DNA of 63,433 bases, counting the filler, from Octopus bimaculoides (Eukaryota): NCBI RefSeq assembly GCF_001194135.2. It is 8 parts of 8 records of this genome, joined end to end, with 100 filler letters (N's around TTAATTAATTAA, not from the genome) between each part and the next. Parts side by side here need not be neighbours in the genome. Positions count along the whole stretch, not along the records: positions 1 to 18,360 come from NC_069007.1; positions 18,461 to 36,906 come from NC_068989.1; 6 more parts are not named here. The stretch is one strand, 5' to 3'. Of the stretch, positions 11,691-23,419 are shown one piece after another. Each line of letters starts with the position of its first letter. Position 1 is the first letter of the stretch. A program made the translations under genes and the position numbers. The notes below the pieces were generated by a model. The model saw nothing but the letters and a program-made list of their open reading frames with translations, did no database searches and was not told the origin of the DNA.

Positions 11691-12269
11691 GAGGCCCATG
11701 TATATTAATTCAAAACAATGTGAATAGATAAGTATTATATTGAAAAAATAATAATCTGAATGCTGAAGGGTTAACCACCTAGCCATCTGTCCCATCTCAC
11801 ACCATTGTACTTCTGTCAGCTCTGAGCATGGGGAAATAACTAGTGTCTGACTCTGAGCTCCACAGCCAGAACACACAAAGACATGCACATATCTCAGATA
11901 AAAGCAAACTGACTAAAAAATCTAAAAAATGGAGAATATTTTCTGGAATTGGTAATCTATCAATTTAATACCAATACTGCATCACTACTAGAGTCAACTA
12001 ATTGGAAACCATAGACCTCTTATTAAAGTCAAATACTGCCAGCTGATTAAGAATCAGCTTTAATTTGAGGCATATTTGTCATTGATTCTAGCACAGCCTC
12101 TAGATAAGTTTGATGCAATTTTCATTGAACTTTGTCAGAACCTTCTAGAATTTGCAGTAGCATCAGTACTAAGCAACCTACATCTTTGTCTTGTGGACTA
12201 TCTTCTTCCACTCTAAGTGTTCAGTTGTATTAAGTTACATGGTTAACAAAAACAAAAAAAAAAAAAGGA

Positions 12270-12434
12270 ACTGGCATGGCTGTGTGTTTAAGAAGGTTAC
12301 TTTGTAACCACGTGGTTTTCAGTTCAATCCTAGTATGAAGCACCTTGGGCAAATATCTTCTACTATAGCCTGGAGCTAGCCAATGCTTTTTAAGTGCATT
12401 TGGTGGATGGAAAATGTGAGGAAGCTCACCATAT

Positions 12435-12467
<33 letters not shown>

Positions 12468-12640
12468 TGAATATTGTTTTGTTTCCATCTCTGTAACTTA
12501 GCAATTTGACAAAACAGACTGATAAAATAAGTACCAAACTTAAAATATAAAAAAGTATTAGAGTCGATTTTGTTTGACTAAAAACTCTTCAAAGTGGTGC
12601 CCCAGCATGGCCATAGTCCAATGACTGAAACAAGTAAAAA
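12270..12640 (+). mobile_element. CORE-like SINE, diverged
   Basis: Same architecture as 966-1398, with internal (CA)n. Confidence 0.75.
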
Positions 12641-12953
12641 AAAATAGCAAATAAAGTGCCACCACCAGAAACAGCACCATTTACAAGCAAGCATTTGTAA
12701 TCAGAGTAATTCTGCACACACAACCTATGTTCATTCAGAATGGCCACCTTAAGTTTTAGTTTAACCAGACTAGCATAAGTATTTGCCGATTCTTGCTATA
12801 TCAGGAATTCATTTGAGCATCAATTGAAATTCTTGTAAACTGGGAATACGGCCAAGTGGGTTAAACACCAAACGAGCAGTCAATCAGACCATCTGTCCCT
12901 GGAATCATGTATAGTCTAGCCATTTGTTCCTCAAACCATGTATAGGCTTAAAT

Positions 12954-13522
12954 TGTTGTTGTTGTTGGCACTCCATCGCTTACGACGTCGAGGGTTCCAG
13001 TTGATCTGATCAACGGAACAGCCTGCTCGTGAAATTAACGTGCAAGTGGCTGAGCACTCCACAGACACGTGTACCCTTAACGTAGATTCTCGGGGGAGAT
13101 TCAGCGTGACACAGTGTGACAAGGCCGACCCTTTGAATTACAGGCACAACAGAAACAGGAAGTAAGAGTGAGAGAACGTTGTGGTGGAAGAGTACAGCAG
13201 GGTTCGCCACCATCCCCTGCCGGAGCCNNNNNNNNNNCTTACGACGTCGAGGGTTCCAGTTGATCTGATCAACGGAACAGCCTGCTCGTGAAATTAACGT
13301 GCAAGTGGCTGAGCACTCCACAGACACGTGTACCCTTAACGTAGATTCTCGGGGGAGATTCAGCGTGACACAGTGTGACAAGGCCGACCCTTTGAATTAC
13401 AGGCACAACAGAAACAGGAAGTAAGAGTGAGAGAACGTTGTGGTGGAAGAGTACAGCAGGGTTCGCCACCATCCCCTGCCGGAGCCTCGTGGAGCTTTTA
13501 GGTGTTTTCGATCAATAAACAC
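12954..13522 (-). mobile_element. Third tRNA-SINE family (54182 type), 5'-truncated, with artefactual duplication across a small gap
   Basis: Reverse complement of 54182-54564 with an (AAC)n tail. About 250 bp is repeated verbatim on either side of N 13228-13237. Confidence 0.85.
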
Positions 13523-13999
13523 CTAATAAATGATCTGGTGGTCTTGGCGCTGGAGATGGCAAGGATTTATCTTCCAGCCAGCGATATGAACAAGAGTGCA
13601 TATTGCACCAAAAGCCGATATGAGAATTTCTCTCATGGTATCTACCACAGTGTAGTTTGTTCTAACAGAACATACACATTGAAGTGAGCATAGATTAATA
13701 CACTCATACACATGCATGCACGCGCACACATACACACACATCTTCTCATATCCTTTAATGTCTTTACTTTTTCTGAAGGCCCAAAGCTGTAAGTCAAAAA
13801 GGGTCATTTTATCTCGCAACACAGCATAATTAAAGCTTGCTTTGGCTATGATGTATTTAACCGTACAACTGCAAATGCTTCATAGGAACTTTTTACATCA
13901 GCACAAATTGTATCTCTCTCTCTCATATACACACACACAAAATTAACAAAAGTAAAACACATAAAAATCAGACAGTGAACCAAGTCTAAAAAAACTTAC

Positions 14000-14048
14000 C
14001 TGAAGAGCCATCAGGACGTGAGAGTTTTGAAGAGGAACGTTTAAGCAA
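14000..14048 (-). CDS. ZMYM/woc-like gene, 49-nt exon (LLKRSSSKLSRPDGSS)
   Basis: Acceptor cttttactgtttccgcttcag|TTG, donor CAG|GTAAGT. Phase 0 in, phase 1 out, matching both neighbours. Confidence 0.8.
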
Positions 14049-14994
14049 CTGAAGCGGAAACAGTAAAAGAAAAAAAAGGGATAAATAGATAAGTAAATAT
14101 ATTTTAGAAAAGAAATTGTCAAAATGAAAATTACGAGGGATTGCAAGACCGGTTTCAATTTCTACACTGGGTAGTACATTGTGTTTTTGAGCAAAACATT
14201 TATTTCACGTTGCTCCAGTAACCCTGCAACAAACTGCCATCCCCTTCAGGGAGGTTTGTTGTGATCTTGGTCACATCACCATGGAAATCAGGTAACTGGC
14301 CAGTCCTAGGAGTTCAAAGATTTGAGGCAGTAATATCAAGAGGGTGAAGACAATAATGATGCAGTAGTCTAACTGGTACAGCTACGACTTCTAGACATTT
14401 GAGTACACTGACTAAGCATCTAGGCTTGGTTAATTACAGTTGAGAACAGTCCTTGTTTATCATACATCATGATGGTATATTTGTCATTGACCATCTACCT
14501 ATGCTATCTCTATCAACTGTTTTCTTCCTCCAATCAATATTGTCCAAAGGGCCAGGCAGTGGAACTGAACCCAAACCAACGTGGTTGTGAAACAAGTTCT
14601 TTAACCACACAGTCATGCCAGCACCAACAGAATTTTAAACCGTGACCAGTAAAACAAGAAACCAGTGCTTGCAAAATGGAAATTGCCACATCTGTTCCGC
14701 TTGAGTTGCACAGACAATCCCACAATCCTTTGCAACTGCTGCCATCACAAAGGCAGTGACTCAGCAACTTATCTGTTGGAAGCATTTAATTAATGACACC
14801 ATGGTTCACATAATTGTCATAAAATAAATATAGCCAAACCAACTGTTTGGAGATGTGATTTAAACGGATCTAATCAACACTGGCGATTGGATAGTCATTG
14901 GTGATTGGATAGTTTGCAGATCTTTACCTGATGATTCAATGTTTTAAAGGAGTCTCAGAAATAGCAATAACCAGGAAGTGTGTGTGTGTGTGTG

Positions 14995-15480
14995 AGATGG
15001 TAGAGAGAGAGATGGGGAATACAGAAATGTGAGATACAAAGAAGGATGAGATAAAGAGAAAGATGAGATACAAAGAGAAGAAGAGTGGCAGAGATAAAGG
15101 TGAGGTAGAAGAGATAGAGAAGAGAGACAGATAGAGATAGAGGAGACAGATACAGAGGAAAGAGAGAGAGGAAATAGAGAGAAGGGGGATAGAGAGACAG
15201 AGAGAGATAAAGAGACAAAGAGATAGAGAGACAGAGAGAGAGAGAGACAGAGAGACTGAGAGACAGAGACAAAGAAGGAAACACAGGAGAACAGAGAGAG
15301 AAGTAAAGGGGAGAGAGATAGAGGGAGGATGAGAAATAGAGAGAAACAAGGGCTAGAGAGACAGAGAGACATACGCGAGGTAGAGAGAGAGATAAGAATG
15401 AGGAGAGGTAGAAAGAAGAGAAAGAGAAGAGACTGAGTAGAGAGAGAGAGGAGAGAAAGAAACAAAGGAAGGAGAGGGGC
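14995..15480. repeat. Degenerate (GA)n purine tract
   Basis: Read directly. It generates the L/S-rich minus-strand ORFs. Confidence 0.9.
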
Positions 15481-15572
15481 AAAAAAGTGACATGTGCACA
15501 CGCACCACACACAAGTACACACACACACACACACACGCACACCTATGAAGTTGAAGAAATGACCAAGTATAC

Positions 15573-16881
15573 CTGTTTGTCTTTCATGATATCTAGTTTG
15601 CCAGACACTGAAGTGATCTGCAGGTCATAGTCTTCCTCCTCCTCTTCCTCATCCAGATCAATATCTTCAAGGTAGGAGGCTGGGATCATCTTTGTCTTGT
15701 TTTGACTCCTAGTACGGCGGGGAGATATCCTACCGTCTTCAGCTTTCTTAGCCTGGTCTTCAGATTTCTCCTCCCCTTCAGCTTTCTGCTCCTTGCTCGC
15801 TTCATCTCCTTCAAGATCAACAACTACATTGGCAGAAGCAGAAGTAGAAGTAGTAGTAGTAGCAGTAGTAGTTTCTTCCTCTTTTTCGCTTTTCTCAGAT
15901 TTCGCCTTTAAACTGGTGAAATCCTCATTCAACTTATCCTCTTTAGCATCTTTAACATCTTTATCTTTATCATTTTCTGTTGATTCTGTTTTGGATTCTG
16001 CCAGCTCTCCGCTCGTCTCTTTAGCTACTTTCTCGTCCGTTTTCAATTCGGGGACTTCCACTTTCGTGTCTCCCTTCAATGCGGCAGCGTCCGTTTCTTT
16101 AGTGCCGGACACCTCTTTGGCATCGTCCACCTCCATACTCGTCTCTTCAGGTCTACTTGTCTCATCCTCAGCAACTTTTGTATCTTTCTCTTCAGGTGGC
16201 CCTTTACTGTGACTCGGTTCAGCAGTCTCGCCCTCCAAGGAATCACCAACACTCAAAGCACTCTCGTCTTTCCCTTTTCCTTCACCTGCATCCTCCTCTG
16301 CCTCCTCCTCCTCCTCCTCATCATCATCATNNNNNNNNNNNNNNNNNNNNNNNNNNNNNNNNNNNNNNNNNNNNNNNNNNNNNNNNNNNNNNNNNNNNNN
16401 NNNNNNNNNNNNNNNNNNNNNNNNNNNNNNNNNNNNNNNNNNNNNNNNNNNNNNNNNNNNNNNNNNNNNNNNNNNNNNNNNNNNNNNNNNNNNNNNNNNN
16501 NNNNNNNNNNNNNNNNNNNNNNNNNNNNNNNNNNNNNNNNNNNNNNNNNNNNNNNNNNNNNNNNNNNNNNNNNNNNNNNNNNNNNNNNNNNNNNNNNNNN
16601 NNNNNNNNNNNNNNNNNNNNNNNNNNNNNNNNNNNNNNNNNNNNNNNNNNNNNNNNNNNNNNNNNNNNNNNNNNNNNNNNNNNNNNNNNNNNNNNNNNNN
16701 NNNNNNNNNNNNNNNNNNNNNNNNNNNNNNNNNNNNNNNNNNNNNNNNNNNNNNNNNNNNNNNNNNNNNNNNNNNNNNNNNNNNNNNNNNNNNNNNNNNN
16801 NNCGTCATCATCTTTGCTAACTGAAGGATCAGCCTTGTCACCATTCTTTATTTGAGTTTCATCACTTTTCACTTTCAATAC
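15573..16881 (-). CDS. ZMYM/woc-like gene, large acidic low-complexity exon (spans N gap 16331-16802)
   Basis: Acceptor ttttcttttcatttcag|GTA TTG AAA at 16881 reads VLKVKSDETQIKNGDKADPSVSKDDD. After the gap it reads DDDEEEEEEAEEDAGEG...LQITSVSGKLDIMKDKQ, ending at the phase-0 donor CAG|GTATAC at 15573. The frames on either side of the gap differ, so the gap length is only an estimate. Confidence 0.8.
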
Positions 16882-17529
16882 CTGAAATGAAAAGAAAAAA
16901 AAACGAAATTAACAATCCTGTTAAACTACAAACACTCTATGAAGGAAAAAAATTGAAAAAAAAAAAAAACACATTCCTTGAATTTGTTCAAGACTCTAAT
17001 CATTTCCCATTTATAAGAAACTAGCAGTTAAATGCTAATGGGTGATTTAATACAAGGTATATCTCAGGTTGTGTCGTGCTGATAATTTCTAAAAAGAATG
17101 ATAGTGCTACACATAATTACCACTGGACTAGAAATTTTAAGTACTTCATAAGTAAATAATAATAACAACAACAAAGAATTAAATATATGTATTCTATGTA
17201 TCTTTTCCCCTTTCAAACTTCTATTCCTGTCAAATAGCATGAAGAAATAGTTATCTTCCTTGTATTAACTGTCCATTATGGAACACTTCATGATAGAATT
17301 GGTACTTTACAGAGAAACATACTGTATTACAAACAATCTCAAACGAACTTGATTGGTCTTAATATTATCTTACACACACACACATACACAAAGAAAAAAA
17401 GTCCTGTTGTACTCTTTTTGGTTGGTGGCCCTTTGACCCTGTATAAATTGTTGATTAGTTTACATTAGTTATGTCTGTGCAGCATCTTGCAAGAAGCAAA
17501 TCAATTCTGTAAATGTTTCCCCCAGTACA

Positions 17530-17670
17530 TTGCAACAAGCTTCTCAATCATGTGGTTTTAGGTTCTGTCCCATTGTATGGCACCTTCAGCACATGTCTTC
17601 TGCTATTTTGCTCAGGGTGACCAAAATCTAATGAGTGGATTTGCCAGACAGAAACTAAAAGAAACCTGAT
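17530..17670 (+). mobile_element. CORE-like SINE, 5' half, diverged
   Basis: catgtggttttaggttctgtcccattgtatggcaccttcagcacatgtcttc...gtggatttgccagacagaaact. Confidence 0.65.
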
Positions 17671-17819
17671 GTGTGTGTGAGTTCATTCTTATGTCTCCAT
17701 GCCTTCACATCACATGATTGTTGTAAACGAGTGTCGTCACCTAATAAGTAGTGTTATTTCCAATCTTCCATGAAAACATGTCCAAGATTATGGGAAAATA
17801 TTACGTTCCTTAGAAACAA

Positions 17820-17940
17820 GAGAAGGTTGGTGACAGAAAGAGCATTCAGCCTTAGAAAATCTGCTTCAATGAATTCTATCTGACCCATGCAAGCATGGCA
17901 AAGTGGACAATGTTAAAACAATGATGACGATGACAATAAA
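17820..17940 (+). mobile_element. RTE-tail-type repeat, diverged
   Basis: ggttggtgacagaaagagcattcagcc...cccatgcaagcatgg...gatgacgatgac. Confidence 0.6.
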
Positions 17941-18015
17941 AGAAAGAAAATAAGAAAGCATTAAGATCCTTATTACAAAGGAAGAACAAACTATTTTATC
18001 ACAACACCAGCTTTT

Positions 18016-18360
18016 TTACTCTTTTACTTGTTTCAGTCATTTGACTGCGGCCATGCTGGAGCACCGCCTTTAGTCGAGCAAATCGACCCCAGGACTTATT
18101 CTTTGTAAGCCTAGTACTTATTCTATTGGTCTCTTTTGCCGAACCGCTAAGTTACGGGGACATAAACACACCAGCATCGGTTGTCAAGCAATAGTGGGGG
18201 GACAAACACAGACACACAAACACATATATATATATATACGACGGGCTTCTTTCAGTTTCCGTCTACCAAATCCACTCACAAGGCTTTGGTCGGCCTAAGG
18301 CTATAGTAGAAGACACTTGCCCAAGGTGCCACGCAGTGGGAGTGAACCCAGAACTATGTG
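18016..18360 (-). mobile_element. CORE-like SINE (cut by scaffold join)
   Basis: Reverse complement of 51456-51876. Confidence 0.85.
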
Positions 18361-18460
18361 NNNNNNNNNNNNNNNNNNNNNNNNNNNNNNNNNNNNNNNN
18401 NNNNTTAATTAATTAANNNNNNNNNNNNNNNNNNNNNNNNNNNNNNNNNNNNNNNNNNNN
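18361..18460. other. Artificial scaffold-join spacer 44N-TTAATTAATTAA-44N (also at 36907, 42529, 46372, 50479, 56639, 61793)
   Basis: Identical 100-bp structure seven times. The 12-mer is a palindrome with stops in all six frames. Confidence 0.95.
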
Positions 18461-18510
<50 letters not shown>

Positions 18511-18584
18511 TCACAGTGATATGGCAAATGAAAGGCGGAAGATGGAATATACGATAATTTATCATTAATCACGACACTTGTTTT

Positions 18585-19441
18585 GACATATCTAACCCCG
18601 CATTATGCTTAAGGACCATAAACCTAACTTTCTTATTGATCCCTCAATTAAATTGATTTGTCCTTAGAAATCCGATATAGGCATTATTAGTAGAAAAAAA
18701 TCATTGATAGGGTAATACCCATCCTTAAGTCTAAAATTAGGACTAGCCCTCCTGTCTGATAACCAATAGGTAGTTGGATGCTTTAAGCTTCTAGAAATTA
18801 GTAAGAATAATACATTCTTGCAACTAGATGTATAGAGCTATTATGTCACTATTAACCCGATCGTTCTTAATCAAGCCTGATTTTTGGGATGAAAAATTCC
18901 GATTTGTCCCGACACGAAATAGATATTATACTTGCTGCTCAGGCCACACTAGTAGATTTTGATGGTGGATTATGAAAGTAGATTAGGTAGGGAGAAGGCA
19001 TTTGAAATAGCAATGGACTCATATCATTCTTTTTAGGATATATATTTCGACTAGGTCGAAATATATATCCTTTCATTATTCCAGTCTTCCTTTCCGGAAT
19101 TAATAGGGGATCTATATAGGGATGGCGTCTTAATTGTTCTGAACAGAAGAAGCAAAGTACAGTTAGAAAGGCTTTGCAAAAATTTCTTTAGACTTGAAAA
19201 AAATTTAGGACTAAAGATTACCATGAATAAAGATTATCGTAGAGTGAATTTTCTTGATGCTACCTTCTGTCTTGCTAATGGTTTATTTGAACCATTTCAT
19301 AAGCCAAATGGTCATATTAAGTACATTAACGTAATATCCAACCATCCACCCTCGACTATACACGGACTAGTTAAGAAAATTTCTACAAGAATTTCTAGAT
19401 TATCCCCTAATAATAAAGTTTTCGAATCACATGCAACTTAT
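18585..19441 (+). pseudogene. Penelope-like element reverse transcriptase remnant
   Basis: Reads KDHKPNFLIDPSIKLICP*KSDIGIIS, TFLQLDV*SYY, FEIAMDSY, LYRDG (YRDD motif) and VNFLDATFCLANGLFEPFHKPNGHIKYINVISNHPP, which are characteristic PLE RT and thumb motifs. Confidence 0.85.
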
Positions 19442-19457
19442 TATATATATATATGTA

Positions 19458-19542
<85 letters not shown>

Positions 19543-21459
19543 TTGTGCGTGTGTGCGTGCGCGCGTGCGCGCGCACACAAACACACATATGCATACACAT
19601 ATATAGATACGTGTGTGTTTTTTATTGTGTGTGTGTGCCTGCGTGTATTGTATACATATGTAATTATATGTGTGTGCACATTCTCTTATATATATATAGG
19701 GAGCAAGCTCTTTTCATAGTTTGCTAAATGAGTCTCACAATTCACTACCGTCCAACTGTTAGAAAAATAGAAGATAATTGCTGATGTTCGGCTGAAGTAG
19801 GGGCGAAACTGTAACGACATGATTGCAAATGATATTTCTTAACTTTACACCCGGTTTTGACCATGCATTTCTGTAATCTGTCTTCTTTTGGTCTCACTAT
19901 GTTTATTACATTAGATTTTAAATTGTAATAAAGTAGGATTCAATCAGATATATCGAAGAAAATCAATATTCTTCAAATAAAAAAAAAAGGTTAAACTTCT
20001 TTCTCAAAATTTATAACACTGCAAAGCATTTCTTTTAATCAAATTTATTCATAAAGTTTTGCGAACGTGCTTGAATAACGTTTGTTTAGAAGACGGAAAT
20101 GACTTTGTTATATTGTATTTATAATTTACTGTCTATGGATAGTTACAAGTAGTAATTGTGCGTGTGTACACGTGTGTGCATATGGTGCACATGCATGTGC
20201 TTCCCTATGGATTTGGGTATGTTTGCGTGTGTACGTGTGTGTATGTATGTAGACGATTTGGGAGAAATTGATTGTATTATATCAGATACGAAATAAAAAC
20301 AAAAATGAAAAACACCAGACTCATCACTATCAACACCTCTATAAAAATAACTGCAGAATTTATATCTATACATGCAAGAAAAAGCACAAAATGCACACGC
20401 ACCCAGTTATAATTATATACGTGATCACAAATATCATAAAATAAGTAGTGGTAACAAATAATAACAGCCTCTAGCTGCTTCTGTTGATATCAATCTGGAT
20501 ATCTATTTTCTTAATGGCGACAAGTAGCTTTTCAAAAAGCGTCGATTCAATAAAGTATTTTTCCTTTCTTATATCGCTCACCAGTAAGGTGCCTCCAATG
20601 ATTTAACTTTATATCAAATGATATAATTCACATGCCAAGAAGCAACTAAAGAAACGGAAGGCCAATCCCTCCATTTTATCACTCTTTTTGTAAGTAACTC
20701 AAACTATAGAAATCTTATTTCGTAATAACATTATGACAAAAGATAACAGTAGCGATATTCTGAAAATCGAGGAATAAATACTGTACTTAGATATTCACTC
20801 TAACATTCTCGCTACCGATCGAGTGAAAATTTGTAAGAACGTAATTCCTGTCGTTAAATTGAGACAATTTTGATAAAATATACCAACTATGTTAAATAAT
20901 ATGTAAAAAAAATATCATCACAAATCAAAAGTAATTAAAAATATATTGGGTCTGTTGTGTTTGTATATAATTCTACAGAATTTGCATAATTTGGATTTTT
21001 CTGATTCATATATACATGAATCATTGAAAATATATGAATTTCAGCCGTTGCTCAAACTGCTGAAAATGACAGCTGAAAATATCGTAAAGTTTGTTTCAGT
21101 AAAAGCTGTAGAAATAAAACTTTGGCAAAGATTTTTATGTAATATACTTGAACCTGAGCGAGATAAGCATACGTTTAAACGATCACATTCTGCATTCGTT
21201 AGTTAACCGTTCACTACGTATCTCTGCACACATTCAGTTTATACTCTCTGCAAAAGAGCATAAACTGACTGTGTGTAGAGGATCATAGTCAACCATAATA
21301 ACCAAATTACTTTAGGCTCAGCTACATCGAGTCCGAGTAAGCATAAAACAATACTTTGCGAAGGAATATTTTGTGGTTCAACTCGCAGTTTAGTCTAAAT
21401 TTTGCTTCTAATGTGGTTCGAAAATGTTTTCAAGCCACTTTCCAATATCTAGCCTGTAT

Positions 21460-21564
21460 CATAGAATTTTCGATAGATACACAGTTAAACTGACCATAGA
21501 ATTTTCGATAGATACACAGTTAAACTGGCCATAGAATTTTCGATAGATACACAGTTAAACTGAC
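21460..21564 (+). repeat. 3 x 35-bp tandem repeat
   Basis: catagaattttcgatagatacacagttaaactgac at 21460, 21495 and 21530, with one substitution. Confidence 0.95.
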
Positions 21565-22142
21565 AATGCCTAATATTGCAGATATATAGCAAGATCTAAC
21601 CGTAGTAAATTAAATCGTAAAATTACAATACTACAACAACTGACAGTCCATACAATACCACAACTCGTAGTCGCCTAAATAACCGCAATCCTACATCTAC
21701 TGCAAATAATCAACGTATGGATGTACCCAATTCTAAAAATAGTAATATTAGTAATAGTGAAGTTATAACATCCTCCAGTTCTCATATAATCAATTCACTA
21801 TAATGATTAAAGACACATGGTCACATAACACATCCTTGTCTAACACATCTAATGCTAGTATATTATATTCTCTGTGCTTTCCATCCATTTTTATACACTC
21901 AATACAGACTCTTTATTATTGAGAGGCTCTTCCCATGCAGATCACGGTTACCGAGTCCTTCAGATAACATATGATGTCTTTCTTTGTGGCAGGCCTTTGT
22001 TTGAACTATGAAGCATATGAAGGTTGTAAAATTTCGAACAACCTTATTCATAATTTTCACTTTTACTGTATAGGAAATAAGCGCATAATTTCTACGATAA
22101 TCTGATAAGGCTAACTGAGTTTAACCCAAAGCGCTAGGTGAG

Positions 22143-22190
22143 AGTCACTGATGAGCATTAATATAAATACGAAATCACTCGGATCTAGCT
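22143..22190 (+). ncRNA. Degenerate type I hammerhead ribozyme motif
   Basis: CTGATGA at 22148-22154, stem II gcatt/aatac, GAAA at 22171-22174, minimal stem III TC/GA, cleavage triplet ATC (22183-22185), stem I agtca/tagct. Stems I and II each contain a mismatch. Confidence 0.5.
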
Positions 22191-22274
22191 ATATCTAGGC
22201 CCTGAGAGAGATTGACTCATTTGTCAGTCATTAAAATAAGTGCTTATTGTAGATATGAGTTATTTTAACTCTTA

Positions 22275-22478
22275 TTTCTAGCAACACCGGCGAAATTTAG
22301 GGGGGAGGGGACTAAAAGATCACATGGACCCCAGCATTTCACCGGTACTTATTTCATCGATCCCTAAAGGATGAAATGCAAAGTCGACCTTGGCAGAACT
22401 TGAAATCATAAGGTAGCGACGGGCGAAATACCGCCAAGCATTCCGTCCAATGTGCTAACGATTTTGCCAGCTCGCCAA
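22275..22478 (-). mobile_element. Second tRNA-SINE family copy
   Basis: Reverse complement of ggcgagctggcagaatcgttagcac...aaattccgccgaggtcgactttgc. Confidence 0.75.
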
Positions 22479-22481
22479 CTT

Positions 22482-22722
22482 TTATAATTGTAACAGGGCA
22501 GACGCGGTGCCAGCATTGTAGTGAAAATCAGAGTTAAAAATTCTGTAAGAAAACCACCGACCAATGGAAGAATAACAAGTAAAGCCAAAATCGGGTTATG
22601 AGCAAAGAATTAACTTACCATCTCGGCAGAAAACCGTTGAATGACGAAATAGATATTCCTGGATTAATTTATTTCAAATTTTGAGAGTTTATCTCCCTTC
22701 ATGCTCATCAGTAGGTCTCACT
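22482..22722 (+). mobile_element. Truncated copy (one arm plus spacer) of the foldback element
   Basis: Direct-orientation similarity to 22953-23197 (cgcggtgccagcattgt..gaaatagatat..attttgagag). Confidence 0.75.
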
Positions 22723-22952
22723 ATATACCTACGGTTAAAAACTTTGTTCGATTGGTTGTGTTTGATAACCGTTGAAAAGCTAACACCAAATTCAAAAACG
22801 GTATCATTGTATAAAATTACTAAATGGATAAATATTTGAAAATATTTATATAGATGTTATTATCAATTATCCATCATTAGTAAAGTGAATAATAAGAACA
22901 ATAATATTGGTGGCCAACAAGCAAAAGCCGATAAATCCAAAATGTTATAATT

Positions 22953-23400
22953 AATTCATAATTATAATAGAGTTCACGCGGTGCCAGCATTGTTATGAAA
23001 ATTAGAGTCGAAAAACCCTCAAAGAAAACCACCAATCATTGGAACAATAACAAGTAGAACAGAAATCGAGTTACGAGCCAGAAAATTAACATGCCATCTC
23101 AACAGAAAGCCGTAGAATGTGGAAATAGATATCTCTGGATCAATTGATTTCATATTTTGAGAGCTTACCAACTTTAATTAACATCAGGAAGTGCCACATG
23201 AAATCAATTGACCCAGGAATATCTATTTCCCCATTCTACGGCTTTCTGTCGAGATGGTAAGTTAATTTCTTTCCTCGTTGCCCGATTTCTGTTGTGCTTG
23301 TTATTTTCCCAGTGACTGATGGTTTTCATAGAGGAGGATTTTCGAGTCTGATTTTCACAATAATGCTGGGACCGCTTGTGCCCTATTATGATTATGAATT
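22953..23400. mobile_element. Foldback/MITE-like long inverted repeat (about 200-bp arms, 45-bp spacer)
   Basis: Left arm 22953-23152 is the reverse complement of right arm 23198-23400, e.g. ttctacggctttctg and atgaaatcaattga, with outer ends aattcataat / attatgaatt. Confidence 0.85.
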
Positions 23401-23419
23401 TTCTTTACTCAAAGTAGGG

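Larger units (their letters stand above)
21358..22200 (+). mobile_element. Penelope-like element C-terminal part and terminal repeat
   Basis: Reads RRNILWFNSQFSLNFASNVVRK, SHFPISSLYHRIFDRYTVKL and TMPNI (post-thumb PLE motifs), then an N/T/S-rich linker and a hammerhead-like motif at 22143-22190. Confidence 0.7.

Noticed and set aside
12979-13486. About 250-bp exact tandem duplication of a SINE segment
   Set aside because: The two copies look identical and flank a 10-N gap, which indicates an unmerged contig overlap.
18405-18416. TTAATTAATTAA palindrome recurring seven times at gap centres
   Set aside because: Always centred in exactly 44N+44N. It is a six-frame-stop linker added by the assembly pipeline, not biology.
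21460-21564. 35-bp repeats as a CRISPR array
   Set aside because: Units are directly adjacent without spacers, there are no cas genes, and the context is a eukaryotic retroelement.
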